Shown here: positions 51,770-64,000 of the stretch, in pieces
Layout of the letters: every line of letters begins with the position of its first letter
Position numbering within the stretch: position 1 is the stretch's first letter
Assembly (NCBI GenBank): GCA_951406725.2
Contig: OX597817.1
Location: forward strand, 115,940,001-116,004,000
Direction of reading: 5' to 3'
Origin: Octopus vulgaris
Taxonomy: Eukaryota
Length of the DNA stretch: 64,000 bases
Position numbers and translations under genes: made by a program
The notes under the pieces: generated by a model
Database searches by the model: none
What the model was told of the DNA's origin: nothing
Seen by the model: the letters and a program-made list of their open reading frames with translations, nothing else

Positions 51770-51940
51770 AAGAGAGAGAGAGAGAAGGAGAGAGAGAGTG
51801 AGAGAGAGTGAGAGAGAGTGAGAGAGAGAGAGTAATAGAAAGGGAGAGAGATTGAGAGAGACTGACAGACAAACAGACAGACAGACAAACAGAGACAGAC
51901 AGGCAGACAAGCAGAAACACAGAGACAGAGAAAGTGAGAG
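51770..51940. repeat. (GA)n/(GACA)n compound microsatellite
   Basis: Seen directly. Confidence 0.92.
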
Positions 51941-52014
51941 ATACCCTGGAAAATGCCGTGTATTTTCAGGTTACTTAGGTGTGTTTTTGCACATATCAGT
52001 TTTGCTTCCTACAC

Positions 52015-52860
52015 TCCGAGAGCCAGTTCTGCGGGACATTGTCCATAAATCTTCATGTAACCTAACCAACCAACAGCAACTTTCTTCTTCCTTAGTTATA
52101 TCTCATTTCATATTCTATACTTTCTATATAGCAGATCAGCAGTCCCCCTCAGTTTCTTTCTACATCCTTTTTTTTCTCCTCTGACAATAAATTCCCCTTT
52201 TCACTCTTTATATGCTTCATCTGATAATAGATTCCACAGTAATGGTAAACAAGCAATAGGTCTATAATAGCTGACTTTTCTTTGTCCTTTGTTTGCATTG
52301 TCCTTCCTTTTGTCATCCATGTCGACGTTCCATTTCCTATTCAGTCAGTAAAAATGTTTACTTAAGAGATTTCTGAGCTAGAAAATCTGGATACCACCTG
52401 ACCTGGGGACTTTCAAGTTTTCTATTTTATCGATCTTTTTTTAACCTTCTTATCCGTGGTTATCTATTCTTGTGTCACTCCATATTCCATTTCTCTCTTA
52501 AATTCCAGTAACCTGTCTGCTTTTATATTGTGTTGGAATTCTTTGCTGCAGATTTCTGCCCAGAGGGAAATGAAATGCCAGATGCTCAGGCATCTGGCAT
52601 TTTATTTCCCTTAAGCTCCTCTCCCATTTCGGTTTTTCATAGAATTTTCTTTTGTTGCTCTTCAAGAGTCTTTTCTGCTGGTTTAGTTCTTTGTTGGTAT
52701 ATGTATTTTTTTAATAATTTTACCCCTACACTGATTTCATTTTCTTTTTTAGTTCTTCTTTAACTACTTGCAGTCCTTTGTTCCTTATGTTGTGCAGATT
52801 TTGCAGTTCGTTCCTGTGCCTCTCCCTCACCCTCTTCTTTTCTACAATTGCCTGTATCCG
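52015..52860 (-). mobile_element. R4/Dong-like RT N-terminal fragment, heavily decayed
   Basis: ENLKVPRSGGIQIF (NWKAPGPDG-like), YYRPIACLPLLWNLL, GTADLLYI, KKKVAVGWLGYMK and DNVPQNWL, in the expected order. Confidence 0.78.
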
Positions 52861-52894
52861 TCCAAGATGTAGTATATAATGTCGTTTAGATCTT

Positions 52895-53170
52895 TCGTCA
52901 TCGTCATCATCATCATCACCATCATCATCATTAATATTTTTGATTCGACTCAGATTTGTTCTTATTCCTGGTAGAATTTATGTGTGTATCGGGTTACTTA
53001 CTACCTGTAACTCTAGACATCCCCAAGCTTTCAATAGTCTTTCATGAACATTAAACCCACCTGATAAGTTTCCCGTCCCTAAAAGTCAAATCTTTTGGAG
53101 AAGCCATAGCAGGACATTCTATTCCAATCTCCCTCAACCATTTATCTATAGCTTTACTCACAGTTTCTAT
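52895..53170 (-). mobile_element. R4/Dong-like extreme 3' end with (GAT)n tail
   Basis: TVSKAIDKWLREIGIEC..LQKI*LLGT matches the RLE-LINE ORF end; it is followed by a short UTR and (CAT)n on the plus strand. Confidence 0.65.
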
Positions 53171-53248
53171 TTACAAATTATTACAGGCGAAATACTTACA
53201 GTTTTCGTAACCCAAATTATCACAATTTCAAAAGTTTGAGCTGTTTGA

Positions 53249-53445
53249 GGCCGTGAGCTGACAAAATTCTAAGTAATATTTCGTCTTTTATTACGTTTTG
53301 AGTTCAAATGCCGCCGGGGTCGACATCCCTTTCATCCTTTCGGTTTCGATAATTCAAGTAACAGTGAAACACTGGAGTCGATGTAATAGACTACTCCTCT
53401 ACCCTCCCCTCAAATTTGAGGCGCTGTGCCTCCAGTAAAAAAGGA
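53249..53445 (+). mobile_element. tRNA-derived SINE (same family as 12545) running into an (ATT)n tail
   Basis: ggccgtgagctgac..gagttcaaatgccgccggggtcgacatccctttcatcctttcggtttcgataatt..ggagtcgatgtaatagact..aaaggattattatt. Confidence 0.85.
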
Positions 53446-53466
53446 TTATTATTATTATTATCATCA

Positions 53467-53537
<71 letters not shown>
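53446..53537. repeat. (ATT)n microsatellite shared as tail by a SINE (+) and a LINE (-)
   Basis: Seen directly. Confidence 0.95.
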
Positions 53538-55800
53538 GTCATTACTGGCTTTGCATAGCTTCTAACGTTGGAGATGTATTACGGTGTCAGCAGTTCACTA
53601 CCAGCGAATTAAGATAACACCTCTTATTTTTAAGCACCTTCCGGAGTATTCAAGCGGTTCCAAGCAGTACTGTTTTCTGCAAGTTCTTTACCCTTATTGC
53701 AGCCCTTATTTGTTCCATATACTTCTCGGGATTTTTACTCAGTTACTAGGGATCCGACAATTATTGGTACAACTTCCACCTTTCTAATCGACCACAACTG
53801 CTTAATTTCCCAAGCTAACCTCTCGTACCTATCGACTTTTCTCTCTTCCTCATCGCACACCTTGTTGTCAGCTGGGCATGCTATATCTGTGACCCACCAT
53901 CGTTTGGTTTCTTTTCTCAATTATAACTATGTTTGGCTTCCTATTCTCAATCTCATGGTTGCACTGAATCATAAAATCCCACAAGATCTTCACATTATCA
54001 TTTTCGATGATGGCTTCGGGTTTGCAGTCGTACCAATTTTCTTCTCTATCAAGTCCATACCTGTTGCAAAGTGTCCAATGGACAAGCCTTTCTATACTGT
54101 CATGGTGTCTCTTCTTGGTTACTGGCGTACAATGGCTGGTAATATGCCATACGGTTTCACCGTTTTGTCCTTAGATTCTGCACTTATCACTTACTGTGTT
54201 GTCTACTCTGTATTTTATGTAGTTTGTTCTTAGTGGTTGCTCTTGTGCTGCACAGCTTAGAGCCTCCGTTTTCAGTTTTAAATCACTTCTAGTCATCCAC
54301 AGCCATCTTTTTTCTCCGTCTCTTTCTTATCTTCAATACCCCTGTGAAATTGTCCATGCATTCTTTTCTTTACCCATCTATTTTCAGTTTCAATCGTTTT
54401 CAATTGCTTGTACAGTGCTTTATTTTTGCAATCTTTCATCCTACACAAGCCTGACGTTATTACTTCTATTAACAGCGTGGAATTTTTTTTACATACCATG
54501 CTATGTTGTTCTCTTCTGTTCTAATGCTGTGTTCGCATCCAATAAGTCACTTCCCTCTCTTTTCCTTGGTACATCTAGTCTGTCTGTGTCATTTTTGGGC
54601 GGACTATCCGTCCCATATCTAGTTAGAAACTTCCTTGTCCGTTTGTCTTAGCTGTTTAGTTCGTCCCCTGTCCATGCTATTACCCCTGCTCCATATCTAA
54701 GGAGTGAAACCGGTCAGGTGTTGATAGCTTCAATCTTATTCCGTCCGTTTAATTTCAACTTAAGAAACAGTCTCAGTCTGCGCAAGTACTCCACCTTAAC
54801 GTTTTCTGTCATTGCTTTCTCCATCATTTTGTCTATTTTTCCAAAATTCCCAAGTACTTATAGCCCATCTCTTCTATTTGCTTTATAACCTCCCCGACGG
54901 TACCGATAGCCCGTCCATACATTTGATTTTGCCTCTCTTGAAGTCTAACATACCGCACTTTCTCAGTCCGAACTCCATTCTGATATCAGCACTGAAAGAA
55001 TACACCGTATTAACGAGGTAATTGGCTTGGGTTTCATCTTAACCATAAAGTGTGAGATCATCCATGAATAATAAACGTTTGACTTTTTGTTGGGAGCCTT
55101 TGAATACATACCCAGCTTTTGCTTTCCTCGGTAACAGGTTTAGTGGTATGAAGCACAGTACAAAGATCATTGGGGACAGGTAATCCCCTTGGAAGATGTC
55201 CATCCTGATTTCTACTGTCCCTAAACATCTTCCGTATGCTGCTAGGTCCGTTTCCTACCCAATGTCAACCACTCTGGAATTATTTTGTCAGCATTTAACA
55301 AGGTGTTAAGTTGCGCATCTATTCGTGCATGACATTCACCAAACCATTTGAAACAGTAGCCTTGAACTCCATCTAGACCCAGGGCCTTCCAGTTGCTCAT
55401 CCTTCACTTCCCTTACTGAAATGTGTAGTTCTGCCTGTTTTGGACAGCCTACTGTTTGTTTCAGTTCTTGTAACCATTCAGCATCTTCCTTGTGCTCCTT
55501 GTCTTTGCTCCAGATGTCACTCTAAAACCTTTGACTTACATTGTTATCTGGTATCAACTTTTCATGTGTACACTCTCCATTTATTTCTTTATAGAATCTC
55601 TTCTGTCCTGGTGGTAATTTTTCATATTTGGTCGTATCTTACCATCGTTGCTTTCTATGCAACGAGGCGCTGCTTCAATTCCTCCATTACAACTACCATG
55701 CCCTTTCTTTCACTATTATACTTCCTTTTCAGTGCCCTGTATTTTTGTTCTCTTTTCAGCTCTCCTTTCTCTTTTCAGTCTAACACAGAAATTTCCTTCG
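53538..55800 (-). mobile_element. R4/Dong-like RLE non-LTR retrotransposon, 5'-truncated with internal deletions, 3' end intact
   Basis: SNWKALGLDGVQGYCFK, DIFQGDYLSPMIFVLC, RLLFMDDLTLY, MEFGLRKCG, MHGQFHR, RLE DIACPADNKVCDEEERKVDRYERLAWEIKQLW..VVPIIVGSL, LQKTVLLGTA*ILRKVL, then a (TAA)n tail. Confidence 0.93.
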
Positions 55801-55970
55801 AGAGCATAGCTAACCCTTATTATTCAGTCGTCTTATTTTCATCACGTGCTTTCACTGGTTTGTTGTGATGCTCTTATTTTCACCCTATTGAAAGAGTTTT
55901 ACGTCGGATTCTTGCGTGCGTTCTGTATGTTATACATATTTGTAAGTCCTCGTATTTACTTATGTAGTTG

Positions 55971-55997
55971 TATTATTATTATTATTATTATTATTAA

Positions 55998-56032
<35 letters not shown>
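55971..56032. repeat. (ATT)n microsatellite
   Basis: Seen directly. Confidence 0.95.
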
Positions 56033-56035
<3 letters not shown>

Positions 56036-57520
56036 CAAAAGTATCAACAATATCGAAAACAATATAACCAAAATAAATAAACAAACTAAAACAAAAGCAA
56101 CTGCATCAATTAGAATAGAAACGATCCTTCTTTTTCTTACTTTGAGGTAGCCAATAATCTCTTACCTGTCGCCTTTGAATCATGAAAAATTTAGTTGTAC
56201 TAAAATGCAGATTCCTTGAAGAAGTTATCAGCATGTAACTCTTATTCAGACTAGTATATCGATGAATATGGACAAATTTAAACTTGCAAATTATGATGTA
56301 AGATATTACATACAAAGAATAGCGATTTGAAATCCTATTTCAATGTCCTCCACCTTTATTTTCCCCTCTTAGTGTCGTCCATAGAATAATGGTAATTATA
56401 ACAAGAATTTGTAATTATCTTTGGAACAATTAATATTCTTATAATTAAATACATTTCTAATTATAATTAATATAATTATAATTAATAAAATCGCATGTTT
56501 AGCGGTTTCTATCAAAGTTCTTATAGATTGGTATTATTGTGTTAGATATAACTAATTAATTGTATTTATTCATATGGCTCACATTAGCTGACCAATGTAA
56601 AGTATCTTCTAAAAGTTTTGAAGGTGTTCGCCACAAAAGAAAGAGATAAAAAGAATGAAAATGTACACGAGTAATTAAATGGCCATGAAACATTCTACGA
56701 AGTGATATAAAGCTTAAATAAGATAACCAAATGTTGAATTTCTTCTAAATATTTAAGAGGACAAATAACAGATGCCCCACGTCTCGATGGCTTCATTATA
56801 TCATAATTACTTAGCATTATATTTTAGTCTCAGTTGACGAATTGGCTATTGTAGCATTCGTTTTATAACTTAACCTAGTGACCTGTCAGTTATCGACTTG
56901 CGATATACAAACAAAGAGATCAATCAATATTTAGGTTCATCATATATTGAATTATATGCCATATTAATCGATATAGAGCTCTCAATTAATGTAGTTTCAC
57001 ACAAAGCCAATGCATATGAAAATATCTGAAATTGATAAATATAAAATAAAATATGTACCATGTCTATGTTTGTCTGTAAGTGCTGGAGTGAAAATCAGTT
57101 TATACTCTTGTAAATACAAACGAAATTGCACTTGGAGATATCTCAAATCAGTTCTCGTGTCTGAAGGCAGTTATACTGGCGATCACAGTAAGTGTTAAAA
57201 TGGCAAGTTATCAAGTTCGAAACTGCACGTTAGGTAACTAATAATAATACCTATTGTTTTAATACTTACGATATATTGTGAAATATCTCCCCTTTTATTT
57301 AATTATAATGAATAGCAATGCAATTACCATGCACATTATATATTACATTCTCAGGAATAATCCTGTTTTGTTATTAAATATAAGTTAACTGTCATCAATA
57401 TTTTTGGTAAGAAAATATAGTGATTAATTTAATTAAACAAATCCCCATTCCTTTAAATGCTTCGCATGCTATTCTTTCTTTTAAATTTCATAAAGCAATG
57501 TGTTCTCGTTCTTCCTTCAT

Positions 57521-57670
57521 TTCTTCTTCTTCTTCTTCTTCTTCTTCTTCTTCTTCTTCTTCTTCTTCTTCTTCTTCTTCTTCTTCTTCTTCTTCTTCTT
57601 CTTCTTCTTCTTCTTCTTCTTCTTCTTCCTTTATTCTTTCTTCCTTCCTTCCTTCCTTTCTTTCTTTCTT
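57521..57670. repeat. (TTC)n followed by (TTCC)/(TTTC) microsatellite
   Basis: Seen directly; explains the poly-S and poly-L ORFs. Confidence 0.95.
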
Positions 57671-58144
57671 TGAAATTTTTACCGCTGTCGAAGCTATTGC
57701 CGTTCTATTAATAATCTACACTATAATTATGCCGTGGTCTATGTTTTCAAGTCTTCACTTGAAAACAATATCAATAACATAATGTTTTAGAGATATATCA
57801 TTTACATTACTTTCGTTATTTGTAAGAAGTTTGAGTGATAAGATGTGGAGCAAAATTGAAAACAGATTATTCTACAGTGAAAATATAGTCGTAAGAAAAT
57901 TGACAAAGTAGATATACATCAATAACAATATAAATTTCAATATATGTGTGCGTGTGTGTACGTGCGTGTGTGTATGTATGTATATGTGTATGTATGTTTA
58001 AGTTTCAACTTATTAGAGGAGTAACAATGTATTTCAGTTACTGATATTCTGGGTACAAGTCCAGTCATAATCAATTTACTCTCAGACGAAAATAATTATG
58101 AAACTATTATTTGTTAGAATATTACTTTCAGAAAAAAGAAATTC

Positions 58145-58175
<31 letters not shown>

Positions 58176-58459
58176 CTACATTGAGAGAAGAACGAGATGG
58201 ACGCTTTATTTTTATGCTGTTGCCGCATTACGCCGTACGCGAATGAGAGGATTTGCATACCCAAACAAGAATTTTTGATGTAATACATGTCCTTGAAGAA
58301 GTAGTTGTGCGCGGCTAAAGAAGGCCACAGACGCACATTATGCATTGTTATAAATCCGTCTAATAAAGGCCCGAAACATATGTACCGCTGAATCCTTGGA
58401 ATCATGTTTTTATTTTGATTAATTTATATATATATATATATATATATCTTACAGACCAG

Positions 58460-58551
58460 AACTGGAGCAAAGTTGTCACGAGGTGGTTACGGGAGTCAAA
58501 CATGTACCCCTTAGATGCCGGTTGAGGGCTCTACCTTTAAGCTAAACGGTC
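58460..58551 (-). repeat. Solitary tRNA-like arm of the same family as 15963-16194
   Basis: Reverse complement gaccgtttagcttaaaggtagagccctcaaccggcatctaaggggtacatgtttgactcccgtaaccacctcgtgacaacttt aligns by eye with the 16099-16194 arm. Confidence 0.55.
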
Positions 58552-58789
58552 TCATAACAATATGCAATATTATTTCTGCTGTTCTTACAGCTCTACTGCC
58601 TTCGAAATTTACTTCCTTGTCCTTAAAATTCTAAACATATTCCACGCTTTCAAAGTTTCTATCTATCTATCCGCCTATCAATCTATCTATCTGTCTGTCT
58701 ATTTATCTATCTCTCTATCTCTCTACCTACCTGTCTATCTCTCTCACTCTATATCTCTCTCCAAATATATATATATACACAGAAATATA

Positions 58790-59715
58790 CACCGCCGAAG
58801 TTCTTGTTGACAAAAAACAGCAATAATATTATTCAGATGAATGCACGTCATTGAGTGGTTGAAATTACCGAGATAGGACAAGTTTAACGTGAAATAACTT
58901 CGTAAATATAAGTTTTTCTCAAAAATACTAAGAGTAAAACATGTTTTATATGATACATTCTACCAGTGCCTGGAGCTTGAAAGTATTTAGTTACAAAAAA
59001 ATATTTTTTAAATTTGTAGGTCAAAAGTTAAACATCCGCTATTAAAGTCTGAAAACTTTGGGTAATTTTAGCCAATAGTAAACCACATACATTCATGCCT
59101 GTTTCCATAGTAACAAGCCAAGAGTGAGAACCTTTTTGTCTGCGAGAAAGCACGGGTTGGCAAATATATTGAAACAACTAGCTGACGATGTGTTTTACTG
59201 TTTTACGCATACGAGATGCTTATCGAATGCTTAAATGGATAAAAAAAAATATTTAATTTGTAATGTGCTGTTTATCGCATTAAATGCTTATTGAATGCTT
59301 AAAACTACAAAGACGTTATTTATTTATTTTCCACGTGTAGAATACAAATATTGACAACACCTATTTTCAGGATGTTGATAACATGTGTTGTCATGCACAA
59401 TATCACAGCTTAGAAATCTTGTTTCCTGATTGAGTGAAAATGATAGAACTTTAAATATATATATTGAATTCATGTATTTCACATGAAACAAACTTTACAT
59501 TTCTATAACTTAAACAAAAACTCTTTCTGGAAAAATTGAAATACCTCCAGCAATTCAGCTCGGAAAACTACATTAATATACCAAATTTTAAAATTTCGAT
59601 AAGTATTAATTTTTGAAAAATATCCAAAAAGAAAAACGGTTTTAGGCTCAGCAATATGATTAATTTTCCTTAGTATACTTTGGGCAATTAAAAATATGGC
59701 CATTTAGGAAAGGAT
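58790..59715. mobile_element. Non-coding interspersed repeat, probable non-autonomous DNA transposon
   Basis: Shares several blocks with 45748-46580 and resembles a repeat I recall from octopus sequence. Termini not resolved. Confidence 0.45.
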
Positions 59716-60374
59716 TTGAAGTTGACGTGAAGAATATTTGACAGGATTAGTTTTAGACATTGACATGAATCTCTGCCGCGTTATAGCGTATGACAATTAC
59801 GTCCCATCATTTTGTGTCTGCTGCTAGATTGTTGTGAGTTATATACTGGTTATATCGGTTTGAATGAAGTGTATCGGTGTAGCACTAAGCAATTCTGTTG
59901 AACTTGATCTCTTCGAGGGATGAAGGATTTTTTTCCTGCAGAGGTTTATTAGTAAATGTTTCGTAAAGTATAGTGGGTGTTTAAGTTAGTCATGAATATA
60001 CAATTGGGTGACAATTACATGACTTGTTCAAAGGTTCTCGCCTGTATATTATGTACGACTCCAGGAAAACCACTGATGTAAGGTTCGTTAATGACTGAGA
60101 TATAAAATTTTCAACATATTTCCTATTTGAATATTATGGTTTCGACCTGAAATAGACTTCTTACAACACAATTATTACACAAACTCAGAAAAATGAATCA
60201 TATTATATGATAGACTATCAGTGAATTTAAATAAATGGCATATAACGATTTCAACATATCACACTAGGTGGTCAATTATTCAAATGCCATATACATTGAA
60301 ACAGACACACTAATGTATATATTCATATTCATGCTTATGTTTTTATACATACATACACACACAAACACCCCACC

Positions 60375-60377
<3 letters not shown>

Positions 60378-60440
<63 letters not shown>

Positions 60441-60544
60441 TAAATATACTTCACATATATATATATATATATATATATGTGAAGTATAAAATTATAAAAT
60501 TATCTTTATAAAATTATTTTAGCATTCTCTATTTTGACTTGTTT

Positions 60545-60610
<66 letters not shown>
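60378..60610. repeat. Cluster of (TA)n/(GATA)n/(TG)n microsatellites
   Basis: Seen directly. Confidence 0.9.
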
Positions 60611-60989
60611 TTATTTATATACGTGGGAGATTATACATCAATGCATGTTTCATGCAAAATATATGAATTCAATATATATCATACTATCATACACATTGCA
60701 ACGATTATAAAAGTAACTGATGAATAATTGATACCCATGTTATATTTCTATGAAGAAATTTTCGGCGCCATCATTTATATTCTTCAATTTCAATATATCA
60801 CTTGAGCATTGAATTAAACAACTGGCATACCTTTCTAATTTTCTTCAATATATTAGCAATTATGTTTATGCGCTTGTGTGCGTATGTATGTGTTTTATAC
60901 ATTTATATGCATGTGCATATTTGAATGAATATATATATGCATACACGCGCGCGCCTGCACACACACACATGCACCCACACAAACTACCG

Positions 60990-61990
60990 GTCTAAAATCA
61001 TGTTGAAGCTACACTTTGAATGCATAAAACTGCATGGCCGCTGCTTTTCCTATTTCCAACAATGGAGGAAGGCAAATATCAAGGAAAAAGGAAGCAATAA
61101 TACAGACAGACGTACGGTATCAGGATGACGAAAGGAGGTCAAGTGATGTGGAGCTAGTATCCAAGGGAGCCTGAATCAAATGCGACGTCCTCAATCGAAA
61201 GATCACACGGAAAGACCTATGGAAACTTTCGGCATCTTTCTCCCTCTGCAGTTTGTGTATCGTACATCTAATAGACGCTAATGAAACTTGCACAGATGGA
61301 ATATGAAGGTGAACCATCTGTATAGACTGCGGAAAAAGGGACACTGCGGTATACATCTTGTCACGGCGCAAACACCACTTACCCAAGGGAGATACAAGTG
61401 GCGCCATGGCAAGGTTTTAACAGCATGCACGCTCACATTTTAGGACAGGAAATACATGAAACACCAACAGTAAGGAAAGCAACGCCGGCAATAAAGTCAT
61501 TGAAGAGACGATAGAGAAGTTTTACCATGTCAACCAGAGCCCAATTATAGTTATTTATTCTGAAAAGGCAAACAAAAAAGAAAAAAATTATAATAATCGG
61601 ATAATTGGGATCAAGTTTACGTAACCTAGGAAGAAAGATATGGTGAAGCCTGTGAATGGAAGCGTACCTGTACCAGAGACATTTGGAGAAATGCAGGGAT
61701 AAATGATGAATATTTACAATCGAGTTTGGCTGTAAGGGATTGCCTGTCTACAGAGAATGCTAAAATCCATTAGAATAAGTGAAAACGAGCGAAAGGTATC
61801 TGTGCACAGGCTATTTGAGGCAGCAGAAAGGTCTTCTTGCTGGTCGTTCAGCACGAGGCGTAAGTTAATCTGGAAGTAAAATTAAGATGATGAGGAATGA
61901 TTTGACCAACGTTGCTGATCCAACAAAGGTAGGGTGGTATGGTTTAGGGTCTAAACAGTTGACGATTATTGGATACCGATTGCTGAAATC
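60990..61990 (+). mobile_element. HERO-like RLE non-LTR retrotransposon 3' fragment
   Basis: RKITRKDLWK, NLHRWNM, LTQGRYKWRHGKVL (HERO-type GRY.WRH..VL), SPIIVIYSEK, IEFGCKG and LFEAAERSSCW, frameshifted. Confidence 0.82.
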
Positions 61991-64000
61991 AAAGACACAC
62001 AATTAAAACTACAGTAGCTAAGATTAAATGAAGAGGTAGCATCTTTTAGACAATGTTATCAAAATCATACAAAATATATCTATTCAATATATATACTACT
62101 AGTACACACATGGCAAATTATTATAAAAGCAACCGATGAATATTTCATACCCAAATTTCCTTTGTATAAAGAAACTTTTAGCAACATCATATATATTATT
62201 CAATTTCAATACGTCCGTAAAGCATTGAGTTAAACTACCGCCGTTTCTTTTAATTCTTCTTCAACTTATTAACAAATAACATACACGCACCACACACATA
62301 TGCATTTGTATAATAAAAAAATATATGAATACATATATATTCACACTTATATATAATATATTCATAAACGATAAACTCATATATGTATATTTTAAGATGC
62401 ACACACACACACATACACACACACAAGAGAGTTTGTATGTGAGTATGTGAGTGCGTATGTTCCTTATGCTTCCCAAAACAGAGTTGCCGATTTTGACGTA
62501 TGGGGCACCGAAAGATTTAGTAAGCTTTTGGCTACTAACTAAACTATATTTTCATTCACATATTTGTATTGCAAAACTTCACATTATCATTCAGCCACCT
62601 ATCGTAAACAATATTTTGTATCACCACCACAACGACTCTGACGTCACATTATCTATATAAGTGCATTTGCGTATTCGTTACCTACGTTAAGCCCATGACT
62701 GACAAGTATATGTGTGTGGCGGTGTGTGCCTGTCAGTATACATAAATTTTGTGACGACTGTGACATACACACACGTCTGAAGAAGGCACACACACACACA
62801 CACACACACACACAGGAACAGAAATAGGCTTCAGATGTGCGTTAATGTATAAGTGTGTGTTTCTTAGGTGTTTCTTAGGTTATGTATGTAATTCCCCCTC
62901 CCCAACAGTGAAACACGCGGATATTGAAGATTTACTTGCGGTCTGGACTTCAAACGATCAGCAACGTTCAGTTTCAAGTACTACCAATATGATGTGGCTG
63001 ATTTAACACCACTCACAATACGCGCAAGTATATCTGAATTTTTTTTTCATTCTGGTTATTATAACAAATTCGGAAACTTGGCGAGGTTGAAAGCCTCAGC
63101 GACTCTTTCAATATAATTACAAAAATGTTATTCCACTCCTTCTAGCTAGTTTCAAGATAAAGTTTTCTTAACAGTTCTTATATACATCCTATGCTTCTTC
63201 ATCACTGCGAGTACCAACGCCGCACAACCATTTTACTGCGTTAGAATTTATTCTACAACCTATAACGTTACACAGTTAAAAGATACGTAGTATTTATTGT
63301 AACGTCAAATTAATTTATACCTTGTTACATACATCCTTCAGCAAATATTTTGAATTAACGTTCACAAGAACATCATCTTTCTTTCTATACATTTGGTTCA
63401 GCGTTCGTTTCAAATATGTAAAATAAATCATTTTTGTACGAAAAATTGAATTATGCCTTCTGAATATTCTTGGACTTTCACTCTCTTCACCGTCACATTC
63501 AATCGTGAATTTTATAACATTTAGTTCATGTTCCAAATAAATGTTGAATTTCTGCACTTTGTTACACTTATGACGTGTAGTAACTTTTGCTAAGTTGGTG
63601 ACTTTCTATTTTCATAGTTATTTCAAATAATCTTCTCTACAACGACCAGGTTTCATTAGCAAATGAAAATCGTTTCACACTTTCAATTTCAACCAAAATT
63701 ACAAAGTGTTGCAGTACGAGAGTGATGTTGTGTGAATAATGACTAATGTTTCTTCGAATTAGTCACAACTTTATTATAATAAAGAAAGCTGTTAATTATC
63801 TACATACCAAATAAACTATGTTTTTGACTCAACTCTCTTTTATAACTAAAACAGCCTAGGTGAGGTCACACAATTTTGAGGTCATTTTCGGACATTTCGA
63901 TTTGCTTGTTTCACTTTCGTCAGGTGTTTCATGCATGCAGAGGATTCTGCTCAAACATTTATCTAAACGTACACAAATATTGTATTAAAATAAGCCACAG

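Noticed and set aside
63315-63557. IKFTIE motif like the Penelope RT IKFT.E..LPFLD segment
   Set aside because: Neither the following LPFLD nor an upstream YVDD motif is visible in the frames I checked.
1-64000. CRISPR array, prokaryotic operon or horizontally acquired gene cluster
   Set aside because: No regularly spaced repeat-spacer array and no long, dense ORFs; the sequence is uniformly eukaryotic repeat-rich DNA.

Overview
AT-rich, microsatellite-dense eukaryotic DNA. The SINE and interspersed-repeat families look like those I recall from octopus/coleoid cephalopod genomes; this taxon call is inferred and was not checked. I find no convincing host protein-coding exon, intact tRNA/rRNA gene or intact transposon ORF, so the window reads as intergenic or deep intronic. 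Most long ORF-track entries are microsatellite artefacts or fragments of dead elements. Recognisable content: Penelope-like (GIY-YIG) remnants at 0.25-3.3 kb, two decayed mariners, three DD37D/maT-like Tc1-mariner relics, a CR1-like RT fragment, five R4/Dong-like RLE-LINE fragments (all minus strand), a HERO-like LINE 3' end, four copies of a tRNA-derived SINE and a probable non-autonomous Helitron. The most interesting signals are structural: several fold-back elements carrying minimal type-I hammerhead-like motifs (best at 26983-27030), an ~840 bp palindrome, a ~96% identical 228 bp inverted duplication abutting a broken transposon end, a head-to-head pair of tRNA-like arms, and an RFX X-box-like 20-mer conserved between two diverged repeats. 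None is proven novel. All identities are by-eye estimates.
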